Below, piece after piece: positions 25,801 to 38,400 of a stretch of 62,137 nt of DNA (position 1 is the first letter of the stretch; each line of letters opens with the position of its first letter). The notes below the pieces were generated by a model. It searched no databases, was not told the origin of the DNA, and saw nothing but the letters and a program-made list of their open reading frames with translations. Made by a program: the position numbers and the translations under genes. Source of the DNA: Catajapyx aquilonaris (taxonomy: Eukaryota); NCBI GenBank assembly GCA_000934665.2, contig JYFJ02002160.1, forward strand, positions 1 to 62,137, read 5' to 3'.

Positions 25801-28800
25801 ATATATGGAACAAGTTCACACAGGAGTCAGTGGGTTCATCTCTGACCAGAATGGATTTTATCTGGGAAATGCCACTATTGCTGTAAATGGAATTGACCAC
25901 GACATTATAAGTGCACCTTCAGGAGATTACTGGCGATTGCTAGTGCCTGGGACCTACACAATAACTGTTTCACACCCATTGTAAGTATATATTTTTGTAA
26001 TGATGGCTATTTTAATAATTGTACACATTGAGTCGCATTGAGTGCATGCTAAAAGATTTTGGAGGCTATAACTACTATTGTGTTAGTTCAGGATTTGTAG
26101 TGTTATGCTTTGATGAATCCAAGGTAAAGTTTTGAATAACAGCTAGTATATTTAAATAGTAGGAACATCTCCTGTTCATGATATGTAATCATTCTTGATG
26201 TATTTTCCAGATATGACCGTGTGACTAAATCAGTGACTGTTCCTCCTAAAGGCTCCATTCGAGTAAATTTCACGCTTGGCCAGGACACCATCGTGGACTG
26301 GTCCCAGAACAAAGACTTCTCCTTGGCTTCCAACCTCGGTTCTAGGGCATACATGACAGATATTGAAATTGTCCAGGAGATGGCTGCACTGGAAAATGAA
26401 TACCCAGAACAGGCAGAACTGCTCACAGGAACGTCAGATTGGAATATGCGCCTGCATACTCTCAAGCTTACTGCTCAAGTGGGCTCAGCCAATGAGAGAA
26501 CTAGAAAGGTGGCCCTTATTGGCGGGTTCTCCAACACTGAGCCAATTGGTCGTGAGATGCTTATAAGGCTGGCTCGACACCTGCTAGCTGGTTATCACAC
26601 TGATGATGCGAGGCTACAATCCATCTTAAGCAACGTGGTACTTTACATAGTTCCAAGCATGGAACCAGGAGTAGCAAATGGCACTGCTTGCAAAGGGAAA
26701 AAGGCCAGTGGTCATTTCTTGTCTGGTGCCTCAGACACAGGTGGAGCTGCAGTCAGAAGGATGTTCCATGCTTTGGATATAGATGTAGGTTTGAGCATCG
26801 AAGCAGGTGGATTGTTTGTCCGTACACCACCAGATGGGGCTGATGTGCCGCAAATGACACAGATTGAAAAAGACACCTTCTTGGATCTGGCGCAGTCTAT
26901 TTCAAATACTCATCAAAGCATGGTAATTATTTTAGAGATAATGCATGAGTCGCAACACAATTGTTGAATGATTAATTGAGACTTTTATCATGATCTGTTC
27001 TAGGTTGCCAACCACAAGCCCTGCAAAGAGTCAGACTTTTCCCCATCATCCTCAGTCATCCAAGGACGGGCCCTTGGGAGCACCTTTGAAGGGAGTTTGT
27101 TGGACTGGGCTTGGACAGAGTTGGGAGTTCCAGTTGTGTCTGCCCACCTGTCTTGCTGTATGCGCCCTCCTGCACCAGACCTCCTAAGTCTATGGATGGA
27201 AAGCCTGGAGCCATTGGTGTCCTTCCTGGAAAAGACCCAGCAGGGTATATATGCCGAAGTCAAAGACTTAACTGGAAACCCTGTCCCAGAAGCCACTGTT
27301 ACTATTTCTGGTGTGACTCACCCAATTAAACTCAGCCCAAATTCAGCTTCCTTTTCGCTCTTCCTACCACCGGGAACTTACACAGTGGAAGCCTCACATT
27401 CTGGTCATGAGGTGACTAAGGAAAAAGTGACTGTTGTCAGTGGAAGGTTGTCTTCTACTGCATTAGTACTTGATCCAGAAACAGCCACACAGATTCCAAT
27501 TCATCCAGGTGTTCAGGTTCACAAGGAAATGCAAAAAATTCAGTCAGATTACAACAAAATTGCTCGTCTGCACTGGTATGCTGACATGGGTTTATCATCA
27601 TATTCATGCCCCATCTTCAGGTCATTACATGGACTGAATTTTTTTCAGGCTGGAATACACACCTAAAACGAACCCAATCTTGTGTCTGGAAATGTGCGAC
27701 CATGCTGATGACGATTCTGAGCATGATAAAAAAGCAAAGGACCTTCAAGCATCAGTTGCCTTGGTCTCGGGATTGTCAGGAGAGGGGACTGCTGGCACAG
27801 AATTGCTGCTGAAGCTGGCTGAGCACTTGGCCACCCACCACAATAAGGATCCGCTGGTTACTTCACTTCTTAAGAGGACGAGGTTGCACCTAGTACCATT
27901 AGTGCAGATCAATTCCACATGCGGAAAAGATGACGAAGGTTTGCATGCTGTGGTTAATTGGACTGGGACAAATATGTCAGATAAATTTAATTACAGAGAT
28001 TATTGCAAGTCAAGCACTGAGGAACTGGATACAAGAGAAAAGGTTCAACCTGGTATTGATCATTGGGGAAGGTAACATCACTGCTACATTGCCATGGAAG
28101 GGTGACCACATTCCACCTCAAGACCGTGATGTGCTGGAGGACTTGGCCGCCTCTTTTGGGAACTGGAGCCAGGTGCAAAAATGCAGCGAGACAAGCCAAG
28201 CATCTGAATCACTTGCTGTAAGTTATTTCAGTGATCCAGACTGTGTTGAAATTGAATACATTATGTTTTGAATCCTGCCAGGCATGGACCTATGGGAACA
28301 CCTCGAGCATGACCTTGTCAGTGTCGTATGGTTGCTGTGCTGACATTGACTCAAGGTCACTTCCAGCACTCTGGTCTCAGCACAAGCCACATTTCTTGGA
28401 ATTCCTATACTACAAGCTTCCATCAGGCATAGCTGGATATGCTACTACAATTTGGGGATCACCCATTGAAGGTGCCAATGTGCACTTCCAGGGGACAGGC
28501 CAAAGTCTGACCTCAAGTGAAAGGGGCTCCTTTTCTCGCTTATTGCCACCAGGCGAGCATACCCTTGAAGTGTCTGCTCCAGGCTTCTTCCCCACCACCA
28601 AACTAGTCAGGGTGGTGGAAGGGCAGAAAGAACTGAGTCATGTTGTGGTGCAGCTGGTACGGGATGAGCGCATTGCCGGGCTGCCAAAACTGGCTTTCAT
28701 TGCAATTTCAGGTGAGTTGCATTTGTCATGGAAATGTGTAAATGCAGGAGCTAATTACGTTAAATTTATTACACAGCTACTATTTGCATATTGGTGTTGA

Positions 28801-29198
28801 GCATTGCGCTGTTCTGTTACGCACTGATGCAGCACAGACGCCAGAGAGGTTTTTGGAGGAAACCTACAGGCTTCCAACTACTGTCTTCCAATCGGCCTGC
28901 TAAGGGCCTGTTCGATGATGATGATGAAGATGGAAAAATGTTTGCTACGTCACTGCTTTCAAGAGAAGATGGTATATGACACACATTTTCTACCAGTACA
29001 TTTCTCTGAATATGAATTAATCTGTATTAATATGGAATTTCTTCACTGAATTTTGCAGATGGCAGCTATGTCTTTGGGGATGAATCTAGTACTGATGACG
29101 AGCCAGAAATGGTCATAAGAACTGGAAGCAGAAATTGGACACCAGGAAAGGAATACATAACGGATGATGTTGGCAGAAAGTACACGACTGTTGGATGA
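19827..29198 (+). CDS. CPD: Carboxypeptidase D (M14B; silver-like), signal peptide + four CP/transthyretin-like repeats + TM + cytosolic tail; exons 19827-20224, 22233-22562, 22649-22812, 22880-23192, 23688-23812, 24306-24554, 24856-25127, 25187-25387, 25568-25980, 26211-26922, 27004-27575, 27649-27938, 27997-28217, 28282-28711, 28777-28971, 29059-29198
   Basis: Repeats 1 and 2 show [21 protein letters not shown] and FEIT.E; repeats 3 and 4 are degenerate. TM segment ([23 protein letters not shown]) is followed by a tail with FQLL and acidic clusters [14 protein letters not shown]. Splice phases are consistent. Confidence 0.95.
20581..20698. repeat. Imperfect inverted repeat in CPD intron 1
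   Basis: GAAATAAATTAA..CTTATTTGC.AC.TTCTGGCA pairs with TGCCAGAA.GT.GCAAATAAG.TTAATTTATTTC. Confidence 0.6.
21741..22057. mobile_element. Non-autonomous TIR element, hAT-like termini
   Basis: TAGTGTTGTCCGATTGA ... TCAATCGGACAACACTA (17-bp perfect TIR) with subterminal CACTGGTGCAG and GAATCGGACA repeats; no clean 8-bp TSD seen. Confidence 0.65.
22058..22126. mobile_element. 69-bp TA-flanked mini inverted-repeat element
   Basis: TA|CTATATCGCTCAAAAAC ... GTTTTTGAGCGATATAG|TA. Confidence 0.6.
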
Positions 29199-29660
29199 AG
29201 TGATTGTTTTTACACTCTATGAACATAGTAGGACACTCAGGATGAAAGATGAAAGTGAGGGTGGGCCTTGCCTGTCTTTCCCAGAACAAGTGCCTTTTTT
29301 TAGACACTGGATTACTAATGTGATCAAAGCACCAAATTGGTGTGTGGGTTTGATACATATTGTATGTGATGGACAATTAATAAATTTTCGATTCATGTTG
29401 GATATCATTTTTCTGGAAGTTCTTGGCAAAGTGAGTCCCTTGATGTATCAAACATGAATTGTGTCAAGTCTTTGGATGTATCTGCCTCCAATTCAAGGAA
29501 AACCAGTCTTGCTGCCAGGACTGTGGAACTTTTCCACAGTAAACCAGTTTCCACTATATCTAGGTCTGCTACAGGAAGAATCAAAGTACTGTGCATTATC
29601 AGAATGTGTCAAAGTGGTTCAAGAAATTGATTAGATTCAATATGGTGACATTTGGTTATG

Positions 29661-30167
29661 TACGAGCGACGTTCATAAAGTTCGCTCCTTTTGGTTGAAG
29701 GAAATGAGAGAAACTGTTCAAATTGCATTCATGTATTAGTCCATTAGTCCTCTCTACATGAACCCTGCAAGGCCACACATTTTTCCCAGCGATGCATGAC
29801 TTGTGGGACACCATTATTGTCGATGTCGACACTTCGCGCTTGAAAAAAGTTTTTAACCTCGGTAAGGCTAAGAAAAGGCTAAGGAAAGGGAGAAATGTTG
29901 GCGATTTTCCTCTCCGAAGATGGCGATTTTTTTCAACCAACTCATCATCATGGACGAACGTTGGGTGTACCACTACTACCTAGATACCAAATTACACAAC
30001 AGGCAGTGGAATGTGGAAACACTCGGAACTCTCCACCGCCAAAGAAGGCCAGAATGCAGCCATCATCTGAGGCGGATATGCTCAGCAGTGTTTTATTTGG
30101 GGATTCCCCCACATTTTTCTACAATGATGGTGTCCCAGAGGTCGTGAATCAGTGGGAGAAATGTTGA
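29661..30167 (+). pseudogene. Decayed, internally deleted mariner transposase remnant downstream of CPD
   Basis: TIR-like start TACGAGCGACGTTCATAAAGT; frameshifted peptides FFNQLIIMDERWVYHYYLDTK (first catalytic D region), SPPPKKARMQPS..DML.SVLFGD and VVNQWEKC (mariner C-terminal WEKC). Confidence 0.8.
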
Positions 30168-30938
30168 GCCTCCTTCCAGCCCCTACACTGCTATCGTTGA
30201 AGAGGTTGATAACTAACCTAAGCGATAATAGCACTGCATTAATATACTGATTTCCTTCAAATATTTGTCACAAGTGAGAACTGTTTGAAAATGACTTCTT
30301 GCAACATGATCAAATTTGAACTTCAGAATCGTGGATATTTGTCATTTCAATTCAAGGTAGCTCATCGTATTGATCCATAGACTATGCCAATATTTTTCAT
30401 AACTAATCAAAATAATGTTAGGCTAGATTTGTACTTGTATATATATCAAACAGGATGAGATTTTCAGATGTACACTGTACACTTCTAAAGGCAAATTCTG
30501 GTGAGATAATATTTGTACAAGTTGCCTAATGAATTTATTTCTGAACTCAAAATTGGTACCAAGCCTGGAGCAATATGAACTTTTGTTAATTTTAATGACG
30601 CCATAGAAACTCTGGATCAATCCTACATGACAAATCAAAATGACAGAATTGCCACAATGACTATGCAGCAATGTCGATAGCACCATGCGTGACCATCGCC
30701 GTTAGAGCCCGCCAATGGCACCGGTCACCAGCGCCTCAGTGTCCGTCCAGCGCACCCAACCCCTCTTCTCAATTTTCGCAACCCGAAAATGGCGAAATTT
30801 GCAATGCGAAAATTGCGCATGCGTTTGGATTGAATGTAATGAAGCAAGTTCCTCGTCTGCAGCGGTAGTCTCAAAGTGTGCGCGGGCTGGAAGGTACTAG
30901 TGTCGTCAAATGAGGTGTCCGACAGTGCTGTGGTGACC

Positions 30939-33900
30939 ATGGTCAGCGGGAGTGACAGTGGTACTCGAGGTGGCCCCAGGGACATCTCTCCAGCTAGGGG
31001 CAGGGGCAGAGGAGGACCTAATCGAGGAAGGGGCAGGGGCGCCAGGGGCAGAGGGGCCCGGGGCAGGGGAAAGAGCTCGCCACCCAGAGAGCTGGTCTCG
31101 ATGGGCAATGGGATTGTTGGGACACCTCCTGACAAGAGGATTGGGACGATGAAGGATAGGGATTCTTTCACCGGACACTCCACGCTTCCTAGCAGCAATG
31201 GGTGAGTTCACCAAAAATATGAGTGAGTTTCCTGCAGATCTAAAAATGACGTGCTAGATGAAATATGACACGAATTTATTGTGGGTCCTGTCTCATGTCA
31301 CTGACATACCATTTTATCATCATGCACTGTGCAGGGGGTCACAGAACTGGTTCACCATTAATTTTATGTCACCTGAGCAATTGCACTCTCCGGGGGGTGG
31401 ACATCAGAAAATGAATAAACGAATTATTTAGCAATATAGTTTTGTCCCAAGTGATTCACTTCATGAATACTGCGTAAGTCGGCTTTACGGTGCAAAATTT
31501 AGTGTACAGATAGCATGCAAATGACAAAAAAAACACTCAAAACAAATTGTCGGTTGTGAAACGGAAATGTTTCCAGCGTCGCTTTTGAAATGTAACTACA
31601 TAATCGTTTCTCTACCAACTAAAGGTCATGATGCCATTATATTTTGACCGCACTTGTTAAGCTGTCGGCAAAGAAAAATAAATACAATATCTGATCCTGA
31701 CGAGTATTGAATGCACAGTGTCTGAAGTTATTTGCACTCAGTGTTGACTAAAGTCGTTTCATGACAAGTATAAATTGTGAATCGTCTACCTGCGCAAGGT
31801 TATAAGCGATAATAATACGTAAATTACATAACACAGCGCAACAAAGAAAAATCGGCGTGTTACTCGGAAACCACTATGCACATCATGTTAGTAGGACCCA
31901 AAGTAGCTGGGAAACGCTCGGGATTTCTCTCCCAAAATGTGCAGTGGGTCAGGGTGACCAAAAATCCGAAAAATTCAAAAAATTGACGTTTTTTGGCCTA
32001 TTTCCAGGTCTGGCAACCACTGTAAGTTTCGGATTTTGTTTTTGCTGGCATTAGGTGTTACCTGGGACTAGTCTGAAGCCACTATGGTGTTTAAAGTCAA
32101 TCTTTTATAGAAATTGTAGGTTTTCCAGGGTCCTTTTTATGGAAAAAAATTCCGTTTTGTGGTACTTTTTCGTCAATTTTTGGGGAACAGTGTATGGACT
32201 TTTTTTAAAAAAAAGTGTAGCGTAATGGGCTCTTTATAGAGACCCTACAATCAAGGAATAATAGTAGAACTTTCCTATACAAGGTTCCCTAGTACGCGTG
32301 TGCAAAAGCCTAATCTTGGGTAAAATCGCGTTTTTTCGCATTTTTGGTGATTTGACTTTTTTCAACATTTAAAACCAAATATTCCTCGGCTTTAAAATCA
32401 ATGAATTCTTCTTAGTCTAACAAACTGTCAGGGACCCCCATAGTATGGAAAAAGACTGCGATTTCCATAAGCAACCAATGTACGCGTGTATTTTTTTTGT
32501 ACGCGTACGCGTACATGGGTTGCTCTATGGAAATCGTAGTCTTTTTCCATACTATGGGGGTCCCTGACAGTTTGTTAGACTCAGAAGAATTCATTTATTT
32601 TAAAGCCGAGGAATATTAGGTTTTAAATGTTGAAAAAAGTCAATCACCAAAAATGCGAAAAAACGCGATTTTACCCAAGATTAGGCTTTTGCACACGCGT
32701 ACTAGGGTTGCATAGGAAAGTTCTACTATTATTCCTTGATTGTAGGGTCTCTAAAGAGCCCATTACGCTACACTTTTTTTAAAAAAAAAGTCCATACACT
32801 GTTCCCCAAAAATTGACGAAAAAGTACCAAAAAACGGAATTTTTCCATAAAAAGGACCCTGGAAAACCTACAGTTTCTATAAAAGATTGACTTTAAACAC
32901 CATAGTGGCTTCAGACTAGTCCCAGGTAACACCTAATGCCAGCAAAAACAAAATCCGAAACTTACAGTGGTTGCCAGACCTGGAAATAGGCCAAAAAACG
33001 TCAATATTTTGAATTTTTCGGATTTTTGGTCACCCTGACCCACTGCACATTTTGGGAGAGAAATCCCGGGCGTTTCCCAGCTACTTTGGGTCCTACTAAC
33101 ATGATGTAGCCTACATAGTGGTTTCCGAGTAACACGCCGAAAAAAATTTTTTGTTGCGCTGTGTAATATCTGTACAGCGTTGTCATACTCCTTTCGTCCC
33201 GAATTTAGGTGACGTTAAACCTAAGTCAATTTATCTACGTTTATTTTCGTAAATTTGAACTATCAATTTACGGATATTATCGCAAGTTGATTTTTGTTGT
33301 ACTATCAATGTGATTGATGGGGAATGTGCGGGTCATATGACTCGATAGAAACTAATAATTTGATGCAGGTGACGTAACAATAAATTACCATATAGGATTA
33401 TTACCGTAATAAAGCTAGTCTCGAACGTGAACTAAAGCCTGACTAAAGCAGTTGATTAATATACAGGGTGTTTCACTATAGGTATAGTCCCCCCAAAGAA
33501 TCGACTACGGTATATTTTTCTTACCACTCTGCCTATAGAAACGTGATGTTCGGTTTAAAAGTTACCTTAATATAGCTTAGTTCATGGGAATGTCGGACAA
33601 TTCACAATAAATGCTGTAATTGACCTTCGACGACCTACACACATACTCGAATGCGACTAGGCGCGAATCTCCTTATTATCGAAGGCCCTCCAGAAAATAT
33701 CCTCATATACATGGTCCAGATTGCAGCATTGATGCCATCGATGTTGGAAAGTAACGGTTGCTTTCCAAGTCTTCTATAACGTATAGAAGCACATTGTTGT
33801 AAGCACAACTCTTCAAATATCCCCATTCGCGGCTCTTTTGACAAGTGAAAATATAGGATACCCAGTTTCTTGTGACTTCATCATAGTGACTTTTTCGGTC

Positions 33901-35303
33901 ATTCCAGCAGCCTGTACTTCACCTTTTTGATTATTTTTTTTCTTAAGTCTGTAAAGGAGGTCATCTAACACTGAATATATTATGTTGCTCATGGCAAAAT
34001 GTAAAATATGGAATTGTGCAAAAAAAATTATTATGCTTTTAAAAATATTAAACACTAGAGAGCTAAAATCAGTGAAAAATTGTTCGTACTCAGATCGAAT
34101 CAGACAAGTTTCCATCCTATGCGAGGGAAATACATTGAAAATTGTCCCAGGACCAAACAAAAATTGGAAACGTTTCCGTTGCATCCAGTGGGCGCTCTAG
34201 CATAAGTTGCACTCATGACACTCAAATTCATTTTTATTTTTGGGACCCTATCGAAAGTGGATTGTTTACCATGATTTTATTTCTGTCCCTCCAAACTGTT
34301 GACCACCTGACCATAAGTCCAAACGTGCTAGGTAGTTTATCTCTCCCATCACTTTCACCACCCATGTACAGTACAATGCAAACTGACCACACTTCTCAGT
34401 GTACTCGTATGATATGAATCCATATTGCAGCTTATTCAAGAAACGTCGTTTCAAAAGTTACGGCAGCAAATAGTTGTACCAAAGTCGTAACAAAGGCACT
34501 ATGTTGAATTAAAGTGGACACACGCACATTTATGATTTCTCCATACGGGTATAGTTGATTGGTTCTAATATAAAGGGCAATCATGCAAGCTTAATACAAA
34601 TGAAGATCTGATCTACAGAGCAATCAGGCACATTCGTTCAAAATTGAGAGAAGCATAACTATGTAATGCAGTCCTCAATAGTTTTGATAGCCATTTTATA
34701 GCTTTTATGCGAGATAAAATTTCAGAGAAAAATTATCTCACAAGAGATATGCTGCAATATTCAAACTTTAAACTTTTATATTTCAAAATCATTAGATTGT
34801 GACTATAATCGTCCTGTCTTCAACTGCAGCGTTTGATTATGAACTATGAAGGATGACATTTTACCTAACGAAACAGTTACCACGACGTCTGTAGGGTGGG
34901 TCCGGCTGCGTGAGGGGCTGTAAGATATACGTGGCACACCATTTTGAGGCCATTTTGACGGTCCTCAAAATCGTTATGTTTGCAAGGTAAAAGGTCAACG
35001 ACAAGCGGAGGCCTTGAGGGGTGTCGTGTGGGGAAAATCTGGCATGGTCCGCAAAAGAAAGGTTGTCCAAAATATGGAAAAAGTTCGCCCCCCCCCCCCA
35101 ACCCCCCAAGTTCCAACACAGGATGGCTTGTCACGCAAGAATTTTTATCGGCCCAGTTTTCTTGTAAATAATGTCATTGCAGAAAGAATATTTCTGACAC
35201 ACGCGTATCAGCAAAGAGTACAACTAATATTTGTGAACACGCACAGAAATCATAAGCAAAATGTCAAGTATAGAAAACATTTCAGCATAATATTATAGTT
35301 GTC

Positions 35304-35343
<40 letters not shown>

Positions 35344-35345
35344 GT

Positions 35346-35403
<58 letters not shown>

Positions 35404-38400
35404 ATACCGAAGCAGGTTGGTGTGGTGGTCGGGAGCTCCTGGGTTCGAATCCCGGGGCTGGCAACCCTGACTGTGGTTTTCTGTGGTTTTCCACGGTCCT
35501 CCAGGATAATTCCGGAGTTGTTTCTTTTCTTCCCTATCCTTGGCCCCATCTAATGGTGGTACTCCACCCCCTCCCCCTAATGGAGCGCCGATTCTCCTAA
35601 TGGGGTATAAATAATTATTATAATTATTATAATTATTTTTTTATAATATTTCATTTTCATTTTTTATAAAGTAGTACCTTACACTTCATGCACCATCATT
35701 AGCTTATTAAAAATCACTGCAGACCGCCCTATTGCTGCACCCTCTTATTCCCTCAGGAATACTGCGGAACAAACTTCCAAATGCCATCACACATCGACCA
35801 TTCAGACTGCGTCGTCATCATGTCGCAATATTTCCATCCAAAATAGCGAGTCCCAAAAAAGCCGCATCCCAACGGTCGCATAGCATTCCAGAGCAATCCC
35901 CTGGACATATAGGCTGCCTTTATTTGCACGCGACTGTTAAGGAGCTGTTGCTGCACCTGTAGAAGCCACCTGTTCCTTAGCCACACTTGTCGGATCGATC
36001 TTCACGATGATATTTAATTGGCCCTTGATATGGAATCGATAGGGGTAGAGTATAAGGAAGAAAGAGGGTATATAGTGAAAGAGGTGTTTCCACCCAGAAG
36101 GTACCTCCAGCTTGTAGTGGCGAGGACATCGATCCTTTTTTTCTCTCCATTCTTCTCATTCCACCAGCAGGCCCCGGGTGTACAGAAAAGGCCACGGTGG
36201 GCCAAGGTTCAAATCGACCCCGTATACACAATCCCATTCTTATCGCCTCGTTTGTACTGCTCCCATTTGCTATACGATGTCTACTGAAATTTTCAGGCCT
36301 CATTTTTCGTTGACACAGTCACGGTCCTAGGAATATGGCCGAAGTGTTGACGTGGATTGCAATATTCTGGAAATGGTCACAATGTAGCATTGTATTGCCG
36401 AGAAGGGGGAGTTGAAATGCTAAGAATGATGGTAGATTAGGAACTATTACCATTTCATGTACAAGCACGTTATATTGTATTATAAATGAGGTAGATTTAC
36501 GTAGAAGGTGACAACATGTAGCACGCTACTACAAACAGTGTTGGTTCCTATAGCATGTTGAGATAATGACAGCTAAAAAATAATATCTCGAATTTATTTT
36601 AATATAATTATTACAACCACTCCTGTATAACGTGGATGTGAATGTACATTGCATCATGATAAACATTACTAATGATGACTATGCAGACTATAGTACGAAA
36701 CCCCTTAAAGGGACACTCCACTCGAAAAACAAGTTTGGCTCTAAAAATCGGGGGGAAAAATCCTGAATCCGACGGTGCAATCCGTTTTTCGCTACGCGGA
36801 ACGGTAATCCCAGGGCGAGGTGTCAAAGTGTGTCGTATGCTAATGAGCGGCGCCGCCACGCGGGGAACAGGGGCACTGGAGAGCTGCACCGCTCTGGGAT
36901 AGGCCTAAGCGCGTGGGCAGGCGGGAGCAGCCCTCCAGTTCCCAAGGTCCCGAGGGCGTCGCTGGCGGACGGCCAGCTTCTAGCGCACAATTTGAATTTC
37001 CCCACTTTGACCCCTCGCCCTGGGATTACCGTTCCGCGTAGCGAAAAACGGATTGCACCGTCGCATTCAGGATTTCCCCCCCGATTTTTAGAGCCAAGCT
37101 TGTTTTTTGAGTGGAGTGTCCCTTTAAATCCTTCATATGCGTCGTTATCCATTGTCTACAGGAAATTTTTTTCAACTACTCTTTCCTATTGAATTGTTCA
37201 CGAGTAGTTGCCTAATCGACTGCAATATGACCATATTAGTCCATTCGTTCGAATTTCTCAATCTCGGACGATTCAAGGAAGTACATCGCAATCACAACCG
37301 AAATTGACCCACAAAAATCCTTTCACAACCCTTACCTACCAGTCCACATTTTGATCGATAACCTCCAAATTCGGTCACATTTTTTTAGTGTCTTATGTAA
37401 AGACACGAAATTGTGCTTTCCTCCAGTTGACCTTTCTTTTACCACCCCTCTTTCAAGTGGCATTGGATTGTTCTTCGCTAATGGAATAAGAGATAAGTGA
37501 ATGGGAGGCAACGTCCAGTAAGCACGCGATGCAAGTGGACATGAGAGGTTTTCTTTTCTTCGCTGCAACAGTTTCCTATGTCCGGAAACCTGTAGGAGAT
37601 TGTCGTCAACTCACGAATGATACAATGTGAAAAAAAATGAAACAAATGACCCAGAACCTTGACCTTTCAGGTTGGGCAGCGCCAGCTCGTTGGAGAGGCT
37701 GATGGGCTCTGAAGGAGAAGGAGACTTACCAGAAGAAATTGCTGGTGCAGACAATATCAACGTGGTTGTCAGGTATATCTTCATGTCGTGACTTTTACCT
37801 ATACAAGGCGACTACTTTTTTTTCTGTTCTATGCGGGTCAATATCAATCTTTTCTATTATTAGTGACACAATTTGAAACAGTCTGCTTGAAATTGGAGTT
37901 AAAAAAATATGTCGAATAGAATTTCTTATATTTAGAATCACCTAGATTCTAACAAATTGTACTCGCTAATTAAGAACACTAACAATTGATATCCTCCAAA
38001 GGTCGAGACCCTTAAACCCAAAGGAAATCAACGAAGGAGATGAGTATGCGGTTCGATTCCCTGGTGAGGGTCAAGTGTATGTAGAGATGGGACCAGGCCA
38101 GAAGAACAAAACATTCACCTACAATGTGGTCTTCGAACCGGAGTCCACTCAGGAGGACGTCCTGGAGCACTCGGGGGTCAAGAAGCTAGTGGAAATGGCA
38201 CTAGATGGTTTTAACTGTACCATCTTTTGTTATGGCCAGACAGGTTCCGGAAAAACCCACACCCTCACGGGGCCCCCTAATTTGGTACGTTCAAACTAAT
38301 CTCATTTACATCGAGATACATGGCGTGACCACCGGTTGGCATTTACCAACTTATATTGACCAACTGGTTTCTATGTTGCTTTTGTTTCTGGCCTTGACGC

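Noticed and set aside
35250..35553. ORFs with poly-Ile/Val or poly-Thr runs
   Set aside because: Translations of the (ATT)n(GTT)n microsatellite.
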